NCBI GenBank assembly: GCA_964016885.1
Contig: CAXHJY010000474.1
Location: forward strand, 1 to 60,650
Reading direction: 5' to 3'
Length of the DNA stretch: 60,650 nt
From: Eledone cirrhosa
Lineage: Eukaryota
This document shows, piece after piece, positions 12,431-26,359 of the stretch. Each line of letters begins with the position of its first letter. Within the stretch, counting starts at the first letter, position 1. A model generated the notes under the pieces. The model worked only from the letters and a program-made list of their open reading frames with translations, ran no database searches and was not told the origin of the DNA. A program made the position numbers and the translations under genes.

Positions 12431-15400
12431 AACTTCGAATATTTACCATGCGGTATTCTAATTCTATCGTATCTCTCTCGGTTATTTACCATGCGACCCT
12501 CAGTGCCTACCTCACAATTTCCCTGCCTCCCACCCAAAATAGCCTATTCGACCAATCAAACCTCAGCATGCCATTTCCACAGCTGCTGCTACTACTACTA
12601 CTACCTAACTAACTCTCTCCTCCCCTGTCGCAGCCCAACACACCCTGCCATTATCCCACCACCACTGTTCTTTACCCCTCAATTTTCCCACCGTTATGGA
12701 TGGATGAGCTGAGAATAAATTTGAGCAACTCTGATTCAATAGATGAAATATGAATCTGCGAGCTACCAAGCACCCATGTGAAGCGCCAACCCAGAGACCC
12801 TCCTCTACGAGTGTCGACAAATGCCCAAAACTCCGAGTTGGTACCATCAATGTAGGCTCAATGAAAGGAAGAGCAGGAGAAATCATAGAAATGCTAGAGC
12901 GAAAGGAAATTGATGTATGCTGTGTGCAAGAGACTAGATGGAGAGGAGAGTCTGCAAGAGTCCTCGTAGGAAAAAGTCGGTGCTACAAATTTTTCTGGGT
13001 GGGAAATGACGATGGGATGGGTGGTGTAGGTATACTACTAGCTGACAAGTGGGTAGATAAAGTAATCTCAGTGTACAGGGTAAATGCAAGAATCATTAAA
13101 CTCAGACTAGTCCTGAATAAAACAATTACCACAATAATATCAGCTTACGCACCCCAATCGGGGCTGTCAGACGAACTTAAGGATAGGTTTTACGAGTCCC
13201 TAATGCACACTACTGCTCTAACAGACGACAATGACTTCCTAATCATCGCAGGAGATTTTAACGGACACGTAGGTAAACACTGCGATGGCTTCAATAGAGT
13301 ACATGGAGGCCATGGGGTTGGTACAAGGAATGAGGAAGGATTCAGACTTCTAGAATTCTGCGACGCCAATGACATGTCGATATGTAACACAAACTTTAGA
13401 AAACCCGACAACCATCTGATCCCCTATAGATCTGGAGAGCACTCTAGTCAGTTAGATTTTATCCTCATCAGAGGACGTGACAGATGGACGGTCGTAAACA
13501 CAAAAGCCTTCCCTAGTGAGGAATGTACATCCCAACATAGCTTAGTTGTCAGCGACCTCACGGTCAGAACTAGACGAACCCGGAAACAGAGGCCAACCTG
13601 GAGAAGAAAGATCTGGAAGCTGAAAGTCCCCTCAACCAGTAACAGATTTAAAGATATTTTACTCAACGCCTACGGCAGTAAAGAAGAACAGATACAGACA
13701 TTTAATGTAGAAGAGAACTGGGAGTTCCTAAAAAATAATTTACTAGAGGCGATGGATGAGGTCTGTGGCTGGAGTAAGACCTCAAGCAGGAGGAGAGTGA
13801 CTTGGTGGTGGAACAATAAGGTAGATGAGGCAGTTAAGGCCAAGAGACAGGTATGGAAAGAATGGAAGAATGGGGGGAGCAGGGTACATACATAGAGACC
13901 AAGAGGGAAGCTAGGCGACAAGTATACTTAGCTAGGAGGGAAGCAGAGGATAGAAAATTCAAGCATGTTTTACAACGTGAGGACCAGAAACAGGAGGTAT
14001 TCAAGATTGCGAGGCAGTGTGTCAGAGATAGTTGTGATGTCATTGGAGAGAAGTGTATCCGGAATGATAAAGGTGTGCTTGCCCTCACAAGTGTTAAGAA
14101 GAAAGATGCATGGAAGAGTCATTATGATAGATTACTAAATGAGGAGAATGCATGGGAAGAAGAGACCCTACCCCAAGTAGACCCTATAGAGCGACCAGCA
14201 GTACATGTCAGCAGCAGCGTAGTAAGTAAGGCAATCAAAGATATGAAGATGGGGAAGGCAATCGGTCCATCGGGTATAGCTGCCGAGATGCTGAAGGCAT
14301 CTGGGTCTGTAGGTCACACTATAACCACACGTATCGTTAACCAGGTAATACTAGAAGGTGCCATACCAAAAGATTGGTGCAGTAGCATCATTGTCAACTG
14401 CTACAAAGGTAAAGGCGATGCACTAGATAGAGGAAACTATAGAGGTATAAAGTTGATGGACCAGGTCATGAAAGTAACAGAAAGAGTTATAGCACAGCTG
14501 ATTAGGGACCGGGTGAAAATAGACGAGATGCAATTTGGGTTTGTACCAGGAAGAGGCACCACTGATGCCCTCTTCCTTGTGAGGCAATTACAGGAAAAGT
14601 ACCTAGCTAAAAGTAAGCCACTCTACTTGGCATTTGTCGACCTTGAGAAAGCCTTTGACAGAGTTCCACGTGCTGTAATCTGGTGGGCTCTTAGAAAACT
14701 AGGAGTAGATGAATGGCTTGTGAAAGCGGTACAAGCCATGTATAGGGGAGCAGTCAGCAAAGTTAGGATTAGCAATGAGTATAGCGAGGAATTTAGCATA
14801 CAGGTTGGGGTCCACCAGGGCTCTGTTCTTAGCCCTCTCCTGTTCATCATAGTCCTGCAGGCAATAACGGAGGAGTTTAAGACCGGATGCCCATGGGAAC
14901 TCCTGTATGCTGATGACCTCGCACTCATAGCTGAATCTATGGTAGAACTAGAGAATAAATTCCAAACTTGGAAGCAGGGACTAGAAAGAAAGGGTCTCAA
15001 AGTCAACATGACAAAGACTAAAGTCCTTGTAAGTAGACGAGAAAACAGAACCCAGATCCCCTCAGGGAAATGGCCTTGCTCAGTATGTAGGATAGGTGTA
15101 GGTAGGAACTCCATTCTCTGCCCCAAATGCAAACAATGTAGCGGGATCTCAGGAAGCTTAATTAAGAATGTAGGATTCACATGCAGCAGCTGTGCTGAGA
15201 CAGCAAGCAGCAAACAGCCACAGGAAACAAGTACCACCAATCTCTGGGAGGGCCCTGTAGAAACAGTAGACAGCTTCTGCTACCTAGGTGACCGAATTAG
15301 CCGAGGAGGTGGGTGTTCAGAAAGTACAATAACTAGGGTAAGAACGGGATGGAAGAAGTTTAGGGAACTACTACCACTGCTAGCTGCAAAAGGCTTCTCC

Positions 15401-16157
15401 CTCAGAATGAAAGGCAGACTGTATGATGCGTGTATCTGAACAGCGATGTTGCATGGTAGTGAGACCTGGGCGCTGAAGGTGGAAGACTTACATAGATTAG
15501 AGAGAAACGAAGCCTGCATGCTCCGATGGATGTGTAACAGTAATATACGTGAACGACAAAGCATAAATGAATTGAGAGACTGAGCATAAGAGGAATCAAA
15601 TGCTGTGTGCAGGAGAGGCGGTTGCGCTGGTATGGACATGTGATGCGTATGAAGGATGACAGCTGCATAAAAAGGTGCAGAGCACTAGAAGTTGATGGAA
15701 ACCGCGGAGTGGGGAGACCCAAGATGACCTGTGATGAGGTGATAAAAGCCGACCTTACCCAACTACACCTCTCAAAGACAATGACACACGACCGTGACTT
15801 CTGGCGTCACACAGTAATACAGAGTACCCGACCTCCCATGGGTACATGCTGAAGCATATAAACAATATGCCCCCACACCCCCCACCGCAAGGTGGTCGTG
15901 GAGGTGCCACGGCAAAAAAGCACCCAGCCCACACTGTAAAGTGGACGTGTAGGCGCCACGAAAAAGCACCCAGCACTCACTGTAAATGAGGTTGGTGTTA
16001 GGAAGGGCATCCAGCTGTAGAAATCAAGCCAGATCAGTTCCTGTATGAGCAAGGCATGGTCAGCTGACCAGACACTGCCCACAAAAGGACAGTCCGTCTA
16101 ACCCATGCTAGCGTGGAAGAACGGACGTAAAACGGTGATGATGATGATGATGATGAT
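12431..16157 (+). mobile_element. Near-full-length RTE-clade LINE, subfamily B
   Basis: 5' UTR, single APE+RT ORF, 3' UTR and (GAT)n tail; flanked by TA-rich sequence. Confidence 0.95.
12750..15852 (+). pseudogene. RTE ORF: AP endonuclease, reverse transcriptase, PHD-like finger; disrupted
   Basis: APE motifs GTINVGS, VQETRW, SAYAPQ, GDFNGH, LDFIL; RT motifs DLEKAFD, QGSVLSP, YADD; frameshift near 13890, stop at 15439, frameshift near 15580. Confidence 0.93.
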
Positions 16158-16619
16158 ATAGTGTATATATATTGTATATATAGTCTATATATAGTATATA
16201 CACAATATATATATATAGTATATATATATAAATAGTGTATTGTGTATACAGTGTATATATATAGTGTTACATCCAGTGCATATATAGTTTATATATAATC
16301 TATATAGTGCATATATAATGTGTATAATAGGGTATACAGTGTATACATAATGCATATGCAGTTTACATACACTATATGTGTATATATATAGTGTATATAC
16401 AGTTTATATACACTATATACAGTGTATGTGATTGTGGGTATATCTAGTTTATATAGTGTATATGCACTATATATAATATATATATATACAGTGTATATAT
16501 TGTGTTTATACTGTTTATATATAGTGTATATATACTGTGTATATAGTGTATATACAGAGTATATACATTACATACACAGTGTATATACAGTGTATACCCT
16601 ATACATCAGTTTATATATG

Positions 16620-16995
16620 TGTTGTGATGACACTGTTGCTAAGCTGTATTTGCAGTTGCCTTCTCTGGATAATATTGGCAGTCTAGAGAGAGGTGAATGG
16701 TATAGAGAGTAATGTATACTGGTCTTTCCGAAAACATCTGCCCAGGTCTGTGTTTTGGAGACGAACTTTCCAGGTGGCCTTCAGAGAAATGGTTTGGATG
16801 GAGAGAAATGACTGTTGGTTTTTCACCAAAGATCTGGCCAGGTCTGTGTTTTGGAGACAAACTTTCCAGGTGGCCTTCAGAGAAATGGTTTGTATCGAGA
16901 GAAACGACTGTTAGTCTTTCACCAAAGATCTGGCCAGGTCTGTGTTTAGGAGATAAACTTTCCAGGTGGCCTTGAGAGAAATGGTTTGTATGGAG
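16620..16995 (+). repeat. SINE-derived 96-bp tandem repeat (about 3 units)
   Basis: ccaggtctgtgttt at 16742, 16838 and 16934; unit resembles SINE body 12238-12303. Confidence 0.8.
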
Positions 16996-17127
16996 AGAAA
17001 AAAGTGGACTAGACTGACGTGAAATAAGTGTCTTGTTCAAGGACACCACTCATCACCAGAAATCTAACTCACAACCTTAACAACATGATCTGAACTCCAT
17101 AAGCATAAGCCTTCATTATATATATAT

Positions 17128-17527
<400 letters not shown>

Positions 17528-17529
17528 TG

Positions 17530-17650
17530 AAATGACAAACAAACAAACACAGGAGTCAATGGTACAAAGTGTTATTAGCTTCATGCTTGGTGACAGTGGG
17601 GGGTGGTGTTGTTTACGATGTTTCGGACGTAAGTCCTTCATCAGGAGAGT
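17530..17650 (-). mobile_element. PLE pLTR end with hammerhead motif
   Basis: Minus strand ctgatga aggac ttac gtcc gaaa catcgta; stem I poorly paired; terminus resembles 18675-18760. Confidence 0.6.
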
Positions 17651-18146
17651 GGGGAGAGGAACTCCAAGAGGGGATGTGTGTGTGTGTGGGGGGGGGGGGG
17701 GTTTAGCGGGAAGTACATGAAAGGCCAGGAAAAATAGAAATAAAAATAAATATAAAACATGAAGTAAAAATAAATAGAAACAGAATTAAAGAGAATATAT
17801 ATAGAGAAAACACAGAATTAAAAAAAACAACAGAATATTAAAAAGTGAGAGGGGTGTGGGAAGGCAAGGGTGTGGTGGTGCGTGAGGGGTGGGTGGAGGG
17901 GGAGAGAGAGGGAGGAAGAATATTGGAGTCCGAGCGGGGATGGCGGAAGGTAAGATGTGTGTGTGCGTGTGTGTGTGTAGATGTAAGTGTGTGTGTATGC
18001 GTGAATGTAAGTGTGAGAGTCTGGGAGAAAGCTAGTGTATGTGATTGTATGTTTTGAAAAACCATTGTGTGTGTGTTGGAGTGGAGTGTATGTCTGTGTG
18101 TATATAGTTCCTGTATGGGTGGAGGGGTATGTGTGTGTGGATGGAA

Positions 18147-18191
<45 letters not shown>

Positions 18192-18351
18192 GAAACAGTC
18201 TCCATGAAAACATTGAAACATTCTTAACAACAGAAGTTGAAGAATGGCCTGAAGGATTGCAGTTCTTTGTTCTGGATAATTCTCTAGAAAAGGAGAAAAA
18301 CATTAGAAATTGTTAACAAATTATACACACACCACACATATACACTGTATG

Positions 18352-18398
<47 letters not shown>

Positions 18399-18449
18399 GT
18401 TAACAAATTATACACACACGACACATATACACTGTATGTATATATATAT

Positions 18450-18511
<62 letters not shown>

Positions 18512-18563
18512 AAATGTGTATGTATAATAGAGATCTTGTAGTTATATATAATATATACATATA

Positions 18564-18615
<52 letters not shown>

Positions 18616-18674
18616 CCATTCTAGCATTGAAGATAGACGTTAAATGATGATGATAATGATGTTGATGATGATAA

Positions 18675-21330
18675 GGCAAACAGAAATAACCAAGTCAATG
18701 ACATAGTACAATGAAGAAATATATTATTAGTTTTACGCTTGATATAGTAGGGGAAGAGTCTTAATGTTTCAGATGCTGATCCTTCATCAGAAAATAGAAT
18801 GAAAAATTATAGAAGAAGTAGAAAGATTGAGGAGATGGGCAGTGGTGGAAATGAAAAAAACTTTTAGAGAAAAAAAAACAGGTCCATTCAAGTCACCATC
18901 TCTAGGAAAACTGCTGATGCTGGCGTTTTGTGTAAGATAATCTTGTTTTAAAAGGTGGTGATCAAGCGCGTCTATCTGAAAGGGAAAAAAAAATGTTTTG
19001 TCTGTAGAGCTAGAGCTGTATGTGCATGCGCATAAGTGTGTGTATGTTAGTTAAACATCCGTACGAAGCTAAAAGGATATGTTTGTATATATGTAAGTAT
19101 AAGAGTATGTGTTTGTAAGTATAAAGCTGTAAGCAAATGTGTGTGTATATAAGAGTGTGTGTGTGTGTGTTAGTTGTTGGTTTGTGAAGGTAAGTGTATA
19201 TATATGTGTGTGTGTTTTTGGTCTGTATCTCTGTATCAGCTGTAAGAGTGTGTGTTTCTGATCATAACAGAGCCTCAAGAACCTAGGGGGTGAATGTATG
19301 CATGCAAGTGTGGCAGCGGATGAGGTAAGGATGACAGTGGCTTGGGGTAGAGAAGTTAACACAAGCGTATGTGGGCAAGATAAAGAAATTGTGGAGGAGA
19401 GTTGAGTCCGCTGGGGAAACTGTAGGCAAGGTGGAAAATGAGACTCTGCTCAGTCCTGGTGCGTGAGACCTGTGATCCATGAAGATATGTAGGGAAGAGA
19501 GGCCTGGGGAACAGAATTGATGAGCTTATGTCCCTCAAGAATTTAGTGAAATGGTCCGCCAAGTGGCTACATGTGTGGATGTGCAGGTGAAGGAGTGGCG
19601 AATATGAAATGAACCATTAGAGCCTGTGAGAGTGGTGGGTTAGAAATGAAGGGACGGGTGTTACAGTGGGGATGAAGGGACAGGGCATGAGTTGCATGGA
19701 GTCCTAGGAGAGGAAGGGAAGGAACTATGTATCAAGAGGTTTTGGAGAATATGGACATGCTTAAAGGTGGTGATGGGTGGGTTTGGAAAGAAGCGAGAAG
19801 TGACAGGGGTCAGAATAGAGGGTGTGGAAGCAAAGGAGAATATGTCACTGGAGAGGTAGGGTGATGGGGTGGTAGGTGAGGGAGAATGGAAGGCTGGTGT
19901 TGGGAGGGAAGTGGTAGGGTGAGAAGGTTGTGATATGGTCAGTTTCATGAGTGTAGGTGAGGGCAGCTTGGATCAGGGTGGGGGGGGGGGGGATATCCAT
20001 GCTGGATGAAGCAGGAGGCCATGTGTTGGGACTGGGTCTCAAAATTGTGGTCCTAGCTATAGAGCCAACAGAGAGATGCATTGGGAGTAAGGTATGGAGA
20101 GTTTGGTGTGGGTGGGATGGGTGGAGGTGAAGTTGAGGTAGGAGTGGGATGAGTGGGCTTATAAAAGATGGAGGTAGCAAGTATGTGGTGAGTGTGGTCA
20201 ATAGACAGAGATGTCAAGAAATTGGACTAAAGAGTTAAAGAAAGAGGTGCTGAAAGTGAGGGCAGGATGAAAAGACTGGACAAAAGAAAGAAAGCTGTTC
20301 ACAGGAGAGAGGGGAGGCGCTGATACAATTGTTGATGTAATAACTGTATAGCTCTGGGGTCAGACCACTGTACTGGGTGAATTTCAGGGCCTCAACATAG
20401 CCAATGATCAAGTTGGCATAGTTAGGGCCTATTCTTGTACGCTTGGCTACCCTAGAGACCTGTTGGTAAAACTCTCTAGAAAAAGAAAAACAATTAAGAG
20501 TTAGAATGAACAAGGCAGAGAAGAGTAGATTAGATGGTAGGGGGTAAATCTAAAAAAAGTCAGAGAGTGTGGGGGCCATAATTGTGTAGAGGGATGACAG
20601 TGTAGAGAGAGTTAATGTCCATGGTAAACAGAAGGCGAGAGGGGCCAGAAGAGAAGGAGAAGGAGTCAAACAGTTGAAGGGCCTGATTAGTGTTGTGAAT
20701 GTGGGAGGGAAGGTTGAATACTAGGAGGGGAGTAGGGTGTCAAATTATTGGGAGATTATTTTAGTAGGGCTGTTACAGGGTGAAATGATAGAGCATCCGG
20801 GATTATTGGGTTTATATATCTTGGGGAGGAAGTAGATGGTGGGTGTACGAGAGATGCATACTATAAGATTAGTAGCAGTAGGGGGTAGGAAAGAGGAAGA
20901 GATAAGTTGGAAAATGGGGGAGGACATGAGCTGTTAGTAGCCTGGGGAGAGGTCAAAGGATAAAGGCCGATAAAAATGGGTATTTAAAGGTGACAAATGG
21001 CCTCAGTCCTGTAGAAGTCTGCGTGCCACCCCATGATGGCACCACCTTTATCAGTGAGTATGATGACAATGTCATTGTGGCTCTGTAGGCTGCTCAGAGT
21101 GGAGAGTTCAGCCTGAGTGAGGTTGGTGCAATGAGAGTGTTTTTGCAAATTGAAGTGGTTGAAACTATGTCGACATGTTTCTACAGATGTGTCAAGGGTG
21201 CTGAACTGCCCAGAGCACTGTGATTGTCGGTAGCTGAGATTTGTGAAACAATCTGTTTGGGCCGATGATCGTGTATTGTAGAAGAATGCCTTAAGGTGAC
21301 ATAAGAGCTGTTCAACCTCATAATGTATTC
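18675..21330 (-). mobile_element. Decayed Penelope-like element (Neptune-like): RT relic, 3' UTR and pLTR with HHR
   Basis: Fragments NLTQAELSTL..NDIVIILTDKGGA, YFLPKIYKPNNPG, LFTMDINSLYT, LTLNCFSF..FYQQ..GPNYANL..GYVE, EQSLIFHL...PSGLN; degenerate HHR at 18759-18794. Confidence 0.85.
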
Positions 21331-21966
21331 GGAACTCATTGCATAATGGCTGCAAACTTTGTTAAGTGTATTACAATCGCTTGTCAGATTACAGAAAATG
21401 GTGCACTTTTAGGCTATGGACAGCCACACAAACCTGTAACATATCCTGAACAAGCAATGCTTGTGCTTTGAACATTTTTTAAGTGCGGAAAGGCCTTGAA
21501 CTTGACCAATCCCACTCTCTGAGCATCAAAAACACTACCCGAAAAGGAGAACTGGTCAACATCATTGAATGCTTCCGAAGTTGCAGGTGTTTTTTTTAGA
21601 GGTTCCCTCTCTTAGAAAGGTGTTGTGACAACAACTGACGGCCTTTTACTCCCAGGTGAAAAAAATAAAGTACTATTTGGATGGCCGTTGACTCTGCTGA
21701 GTTCCTCCACCTTTTGCCGAGTCTTGTATTTCATCCTGCAGGGTGTCCAAATATCACCCTCCTCAGCAAGCGAGATTGGTGGGGTTGCCAGTTTAGTCAC
21801 CAATGACCTGACCATGAGACAGGCTGTACTGGATTACATGTTACCAATAACACTCAAGAGCGACTTGACATAACATATATATATGTACATATATATATAC
21901 ATGCAGGTATACATTTATCTATATATGTATACCTGTATGTATCTATATATGTATATGTATATATAT

Positions 21967-21997
<31 letters not shown>

Positions 21998-22047
21998 AAT
22001 TTATATATATATATACATATGTATATATATATATATATATAAAATTA

Positions 22048-22128
22048 ATTGTTTCTACTTTAGGCACAAGGCCAGCAATTACCCAGTGCATTACTGGTAC
22101 TTTATTTTATCGACCCCGTAAGGATGAA
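22048..22128 (-). mobile_element. Deu/Nin-type SINE 3' fragment
   Basis: Matches 58872-58952. Confidence 0.7.
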
Positions 22129-22154
22129 AATTATATATATATATATAATTAATG

Positions 22155-22436
22155 ATAAGTAGGAACGAGGTGTCAAAGTATCATCATTAAGTTTATTCAT
22201 GTGTGACATGCATTTCGCTATTGATCAGCTCAAGGTTTGGTTTATATTGATTGGGCCCAACTCTGGAATCAAAAGACTCTTGATTTGTTAATTATTGAAC
22301 CAAGAGTCTGATGAGCTTTTGATTCCAGAATCGGGTCCTATTGATACAGATCGAACCTGGAGCTGATCAATAGCCAAATACGTGTCACACCTGAATAAGC
22401 TTAATGATGATACTCTGGCACCTGGTTTCAACTTAT
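22155..22436. mobile_element. Fold-back mini-element with hammerhead motif (arms 22155-22282 and 22301-22436)
   Basis: Arms are reverse complements; right arm CUGAUGA 22308-22314, long stem II, cAAA UACGUGUC; left arm retains GAAA. Confidence 0.8.
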
Positions 22437-22450
22437 TATTAATATTACAA

Positions 22451-22646
22451 GGGTGGTGGATTGGCAGTATCGGTAGAGCGTCGGACAACATGTATACGGC
22501 ATTGAGTTATGGCCCTTTATGTTCTGAGTTCAAATCCTGCCGAGGTTAACTTTGACTTTCATCCTTACAGGGCTCGTTAAAATAAAGCACCAGTAATACA
22601 CTGGGGGTAATTGCTGGCCTTGTGCCAAAAGTAGAAACAATTATTA
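22451..22646 (+). mobile_element. tRNA-derived SINE with Deu/Nin-like domain
   Basis: ttggcagtatcggtagagcg A box, gagttcaaatcc B box, ccgaggttaactttgactttcatcc...aaataaagcaccag domain. Confidence 0.8.
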
Positions 22647-23610
22647 ATATTACACTCTGCTTATGAAGGAAACTGACCAAAGTATAAACATTGAATGTAT
22701 ACCACCAGATTCTATATTGAAACGGACCATATACCCATTGAGTGTTCAAGTTGGTGAACCAAGAGTAACATAAGGTTACAGCACATTAAGTATACACACA
22801 TATATATATGTATATATAGCCAGCAGCTTAAACTGCAACCACCACTGTTGGTAAGGCTAAGGTCAACACTAAGAGAGAAAGAAAGAAAACTACGGACAAA
22901 AATGTGAACTTTTCTCCCTATATATGTATGCAAAAACTAATTTTTTTCTCCATATACTTATTTTAATTGCATTATACACTTCCATCGTTGAAAAAGCATA
23001 TAAGGCTGAAACCAGTACAATTAAATGCGGTAATCTCTATTTTGTAAATAAATGTTTTGATGTTATTCTGAGAGAAAATCCCTTTAGCATTTTCTAATGT
23101 TTTTTTTCTTTTTTTATTATTTTATATATATATATACACTTACCGCCAAAATATCCCCACACTTATGATAAAATCCCGTACACTGACGATAAGTGGAACA
23201 TTTTTTATTTTCTTTACCAATTACCAACTAGTAATAAATGCACCAAGAGGGATAGAGAGAAAGAGTAACTTAGTGGAAAGAGTGTGAATGAACTTTTAAG
23301 GTAAGTAGCCTACACCTTACTGCTATGACACTGGAACCATCTGCTAACTTAACCTGTGACTTTCTCTTTCACATTTACTCCAATAGGCCAAAACAGAGTG
23401 GAAACGCTGGGGAACAACTGTCACAGAAGGAGTATGAAAAGAAGGGGCTCAACAATATTTCTATGAACAATGCACGTAGACAGCTAAACTACTTTCAACT
23501 TCATATTTTTCTCCAAATAAAACAAGTTTCCTCTCGGTATATTTTCGTGAGTTTTTAACAGGCACTCACAAACAAACGTTTCTCATTGGAGGTTCTATTA
23601 CCAATGTTCT

Positions 23611-23640
23611 TACCCGTGCAACGCCGGGATACACTGCTAG
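23611..23640 (+). mobile_element. Helitron 3' terminus (5' boundary not resolved)
   Basis: cccgtgcaacgccggg hairpin, then ctgCTAG|T; same motif as at 8263. Confidence 0.6.
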
Positions 23641-24240
23641 TATATTATAATGTGGAAAGTGATATAAGACTAAACAATGCAAAATGGATGGTAAGATGTA
23701 AGTAATGAAAAAGTAAGTTAGTTGGTAATCTTTGATGATGGTGATGATGATGGTGGTGATAGTTATGATGATGATGATGTGTGTGTATGTCTATGTGTGT
23801 GTGTGTGTGTATGTGTGTATGTGTGGGAATGTATATGTGTGTCTGTGTGTGGCGGGCGTATAGCATCATTATGATCATCCCCCCCCCCCCCCCCCCCCCC
23901 CCCCCCACGACGACGACGACGACGACGACGACCACCACCACCACCACCACCACCGCCACCACCACCACCACCACCAACACAACCACCACCGCCACCACCA
24001 CCACCACCATCACCACCACCACCAACACAACCACCACCACAACCACCACCACCACCACCACCATCACCACAACCACCACCACAACCACCACCACAACCAC
24101 CACCACCAGCACCTCTATTACAACAATGACCCAGTATTCAGCCACTAAATCTCTGTCTAATTGGTTGTATTAAGTCTTCCCTAGAAAAATAACCATTCTG
24201 AATATTTAATGGGAAAATACTCCCAGCAGTAATACCTCAG

Positions 24241-24247
24241 TTATAGC

Positions 24248-24284
<37 letters not shown>

Positions 24285-24294
24285 GCATCATCAT

Positions 24295-24325
<31 letters not shown>

Positions 24326-24343
24326 AACGACGACAACAACAGC

Positions 24344-24411
<68 letters not shown>

Positions 24412-24439
24412 CGACGACGACGACAGCAACAACAGTAGC

Positions 24440-24514
<75 letters not shown>

Positions 24515-24550
24515 GACGACGACGACAGCAACAACAACAACAACGACAGC

Positions 24551-24635
<85 letters not shown>

Positions 24636-26226
24636 GCAACAACAGCAACAGCAACAACAACAACAACAACACCACCACCAACAACAACAACAACAGCATC
24701 AGCAGCAACAACAACAACAACACCAACAACAACAGCAGTAACAACAGTAGCAGCAACAACAGCAGTAACAACAGTAACACCACCACTATCAGCCCCACCT
24801 CCACCATCACCACCAACAACAACACCAACAACAACAGCAGTAACAACAGTAGCAGCAACAACAGCAGTAACAACAGTAACACCACCACTATCAGCCCCAC
24901 CTCCACCATCACCACCAACAACAACACCAACAATAACCGCAGTAACAACAGTAGCAGCAACAACAGCAGTAACAACAGTAACACCACCACTATCAGCCCC
25001 ACCTCCACCATCACCACCAACAACAACACCAACAATAACCGCAGTAACAACAGTAGCAGCAACAACAACAGCAGTAACAACAGTAACACCACCACTATCA
25101 GCCCCACCTCCACCATCACCACCAACAACAACACCAACAATAACCGCAGTAACAACAGTAGCAGCAACAACAACAGCAGTAACAACAGTAACACCACCAC
25201 TATCAGCCCCACCTCCACCATCACCACCAACAACAACACCAACAACAACAGCAGTAACAACAGTAGCAGCAACAACAGCAGTAACAACAGTAACACCACC
25301 ACTATCAGCCCCACCTCCACCATCACCACCAACAACAACACCAACAACAACAGCAGTAACAACAGTAGCAGCAACAACAGCAGTAACAACAGTAACACCA
25401 CCACTATCAGCCCCACCTCCACCATCACCACCAACAACAACACCAACAACAACAGCAGTAACAACAGTAGCAGCAACAACAGCAGTAACAACAGTAACAC
25501 CACCACTATCACCCCCACCTCCACCATCACCACCAACAACAACACCAACAACAACAGCAGTAACAACAGTAGCAGCAACAACAGCAGTAACAACAGTAAC
25601 ACCACCACTATCACCCCCACCTCCACCATCACCACCAACAACAACACCAACAACAACAGCAGTAACAACAGTAGCAGCAACAACAGCAGTAACAACAGTA
25701 ACACCACCACTATCACCCCCACCTCCACCATCACCACCAACAACAACACCAACAACAACAGCAGTAACAACAGTAGCAGCAACAACAGCAGTAACAACAG
25801 TAACACCACCACTATCACCCCCACCTCCACCATCACCACCAACAACAACACCAACAACAACAGCAGTAACAACAGTAGCAGCAACAACAGCAGTAACAAC
25901 AGTAACACCACCACTATCACCCCCACCTCCACCATCACCACCAACAACAACACCAACAACAACAGCAGTAACAACAGTAGCAGCAACAACAGCAGTAACA
26001 ACAGTAACACCACCACTATCACCCCCACCTCCACCATCACCACCAACAACAACACCAACAACAACAGCAGTAACAACAGTAGCAGCAACAACAGCAGTAA
26101 CAACAGTAACACCACCACTATCACCCCCACCTCCACCATCACCACCAACAACAACACCAACAATAACCGCAGTAACAACAGTAGCAGCAACAACAACAGT
26201 AACAAGACCAATGGCAGTAACACCAA
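24241..26226. repeat. (CAA)n microsatellite grading into a 102-bp minisatellite (14 units)
   Basis: actatc anchor recurs every 102-105 bp from 24785 to about 26117. Confidence 0.95.
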
Positions 26227-26359
26227 AATATTGGTGTGAAATGACTACATAAAACTGGTGGGGGAATTATTTTCTTTTTAGTAGCAGGGGCTGAATTGTA
26301 AGGGTATACATATATTTAGGGTCACATGATGAGAAAAATAAAAAGGGGGTCAGATCACT

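Noticed and set aside
12431-12750. HDV-like ribozyme in the RTE 5' UTR (known in some RTEs)
   Set aside because: Could not build the nested double pseudoknot by eye; only a short direct repeat atttaccatgcg was seen; needs a motif search
21330-21873. Unique-looking segment upstream of the PLE relic, possibly coding
   Set aside because: Only short ORFs, no motif I can assign confidently
22975-23025. Very degenerate HHR-like motifs (gaaaccagta here; gaaaccggta on minus at about 58415-58450)
   Set aside because: CUGANGA core has multiple mismatches; cannot be distinguished from chance without a family consensus
24241-26226. 661-aa poly-Leu/Val ORF
   Set aside because: Stop-free frame of a triplet-based minisatellite; no non-repetitive coding context
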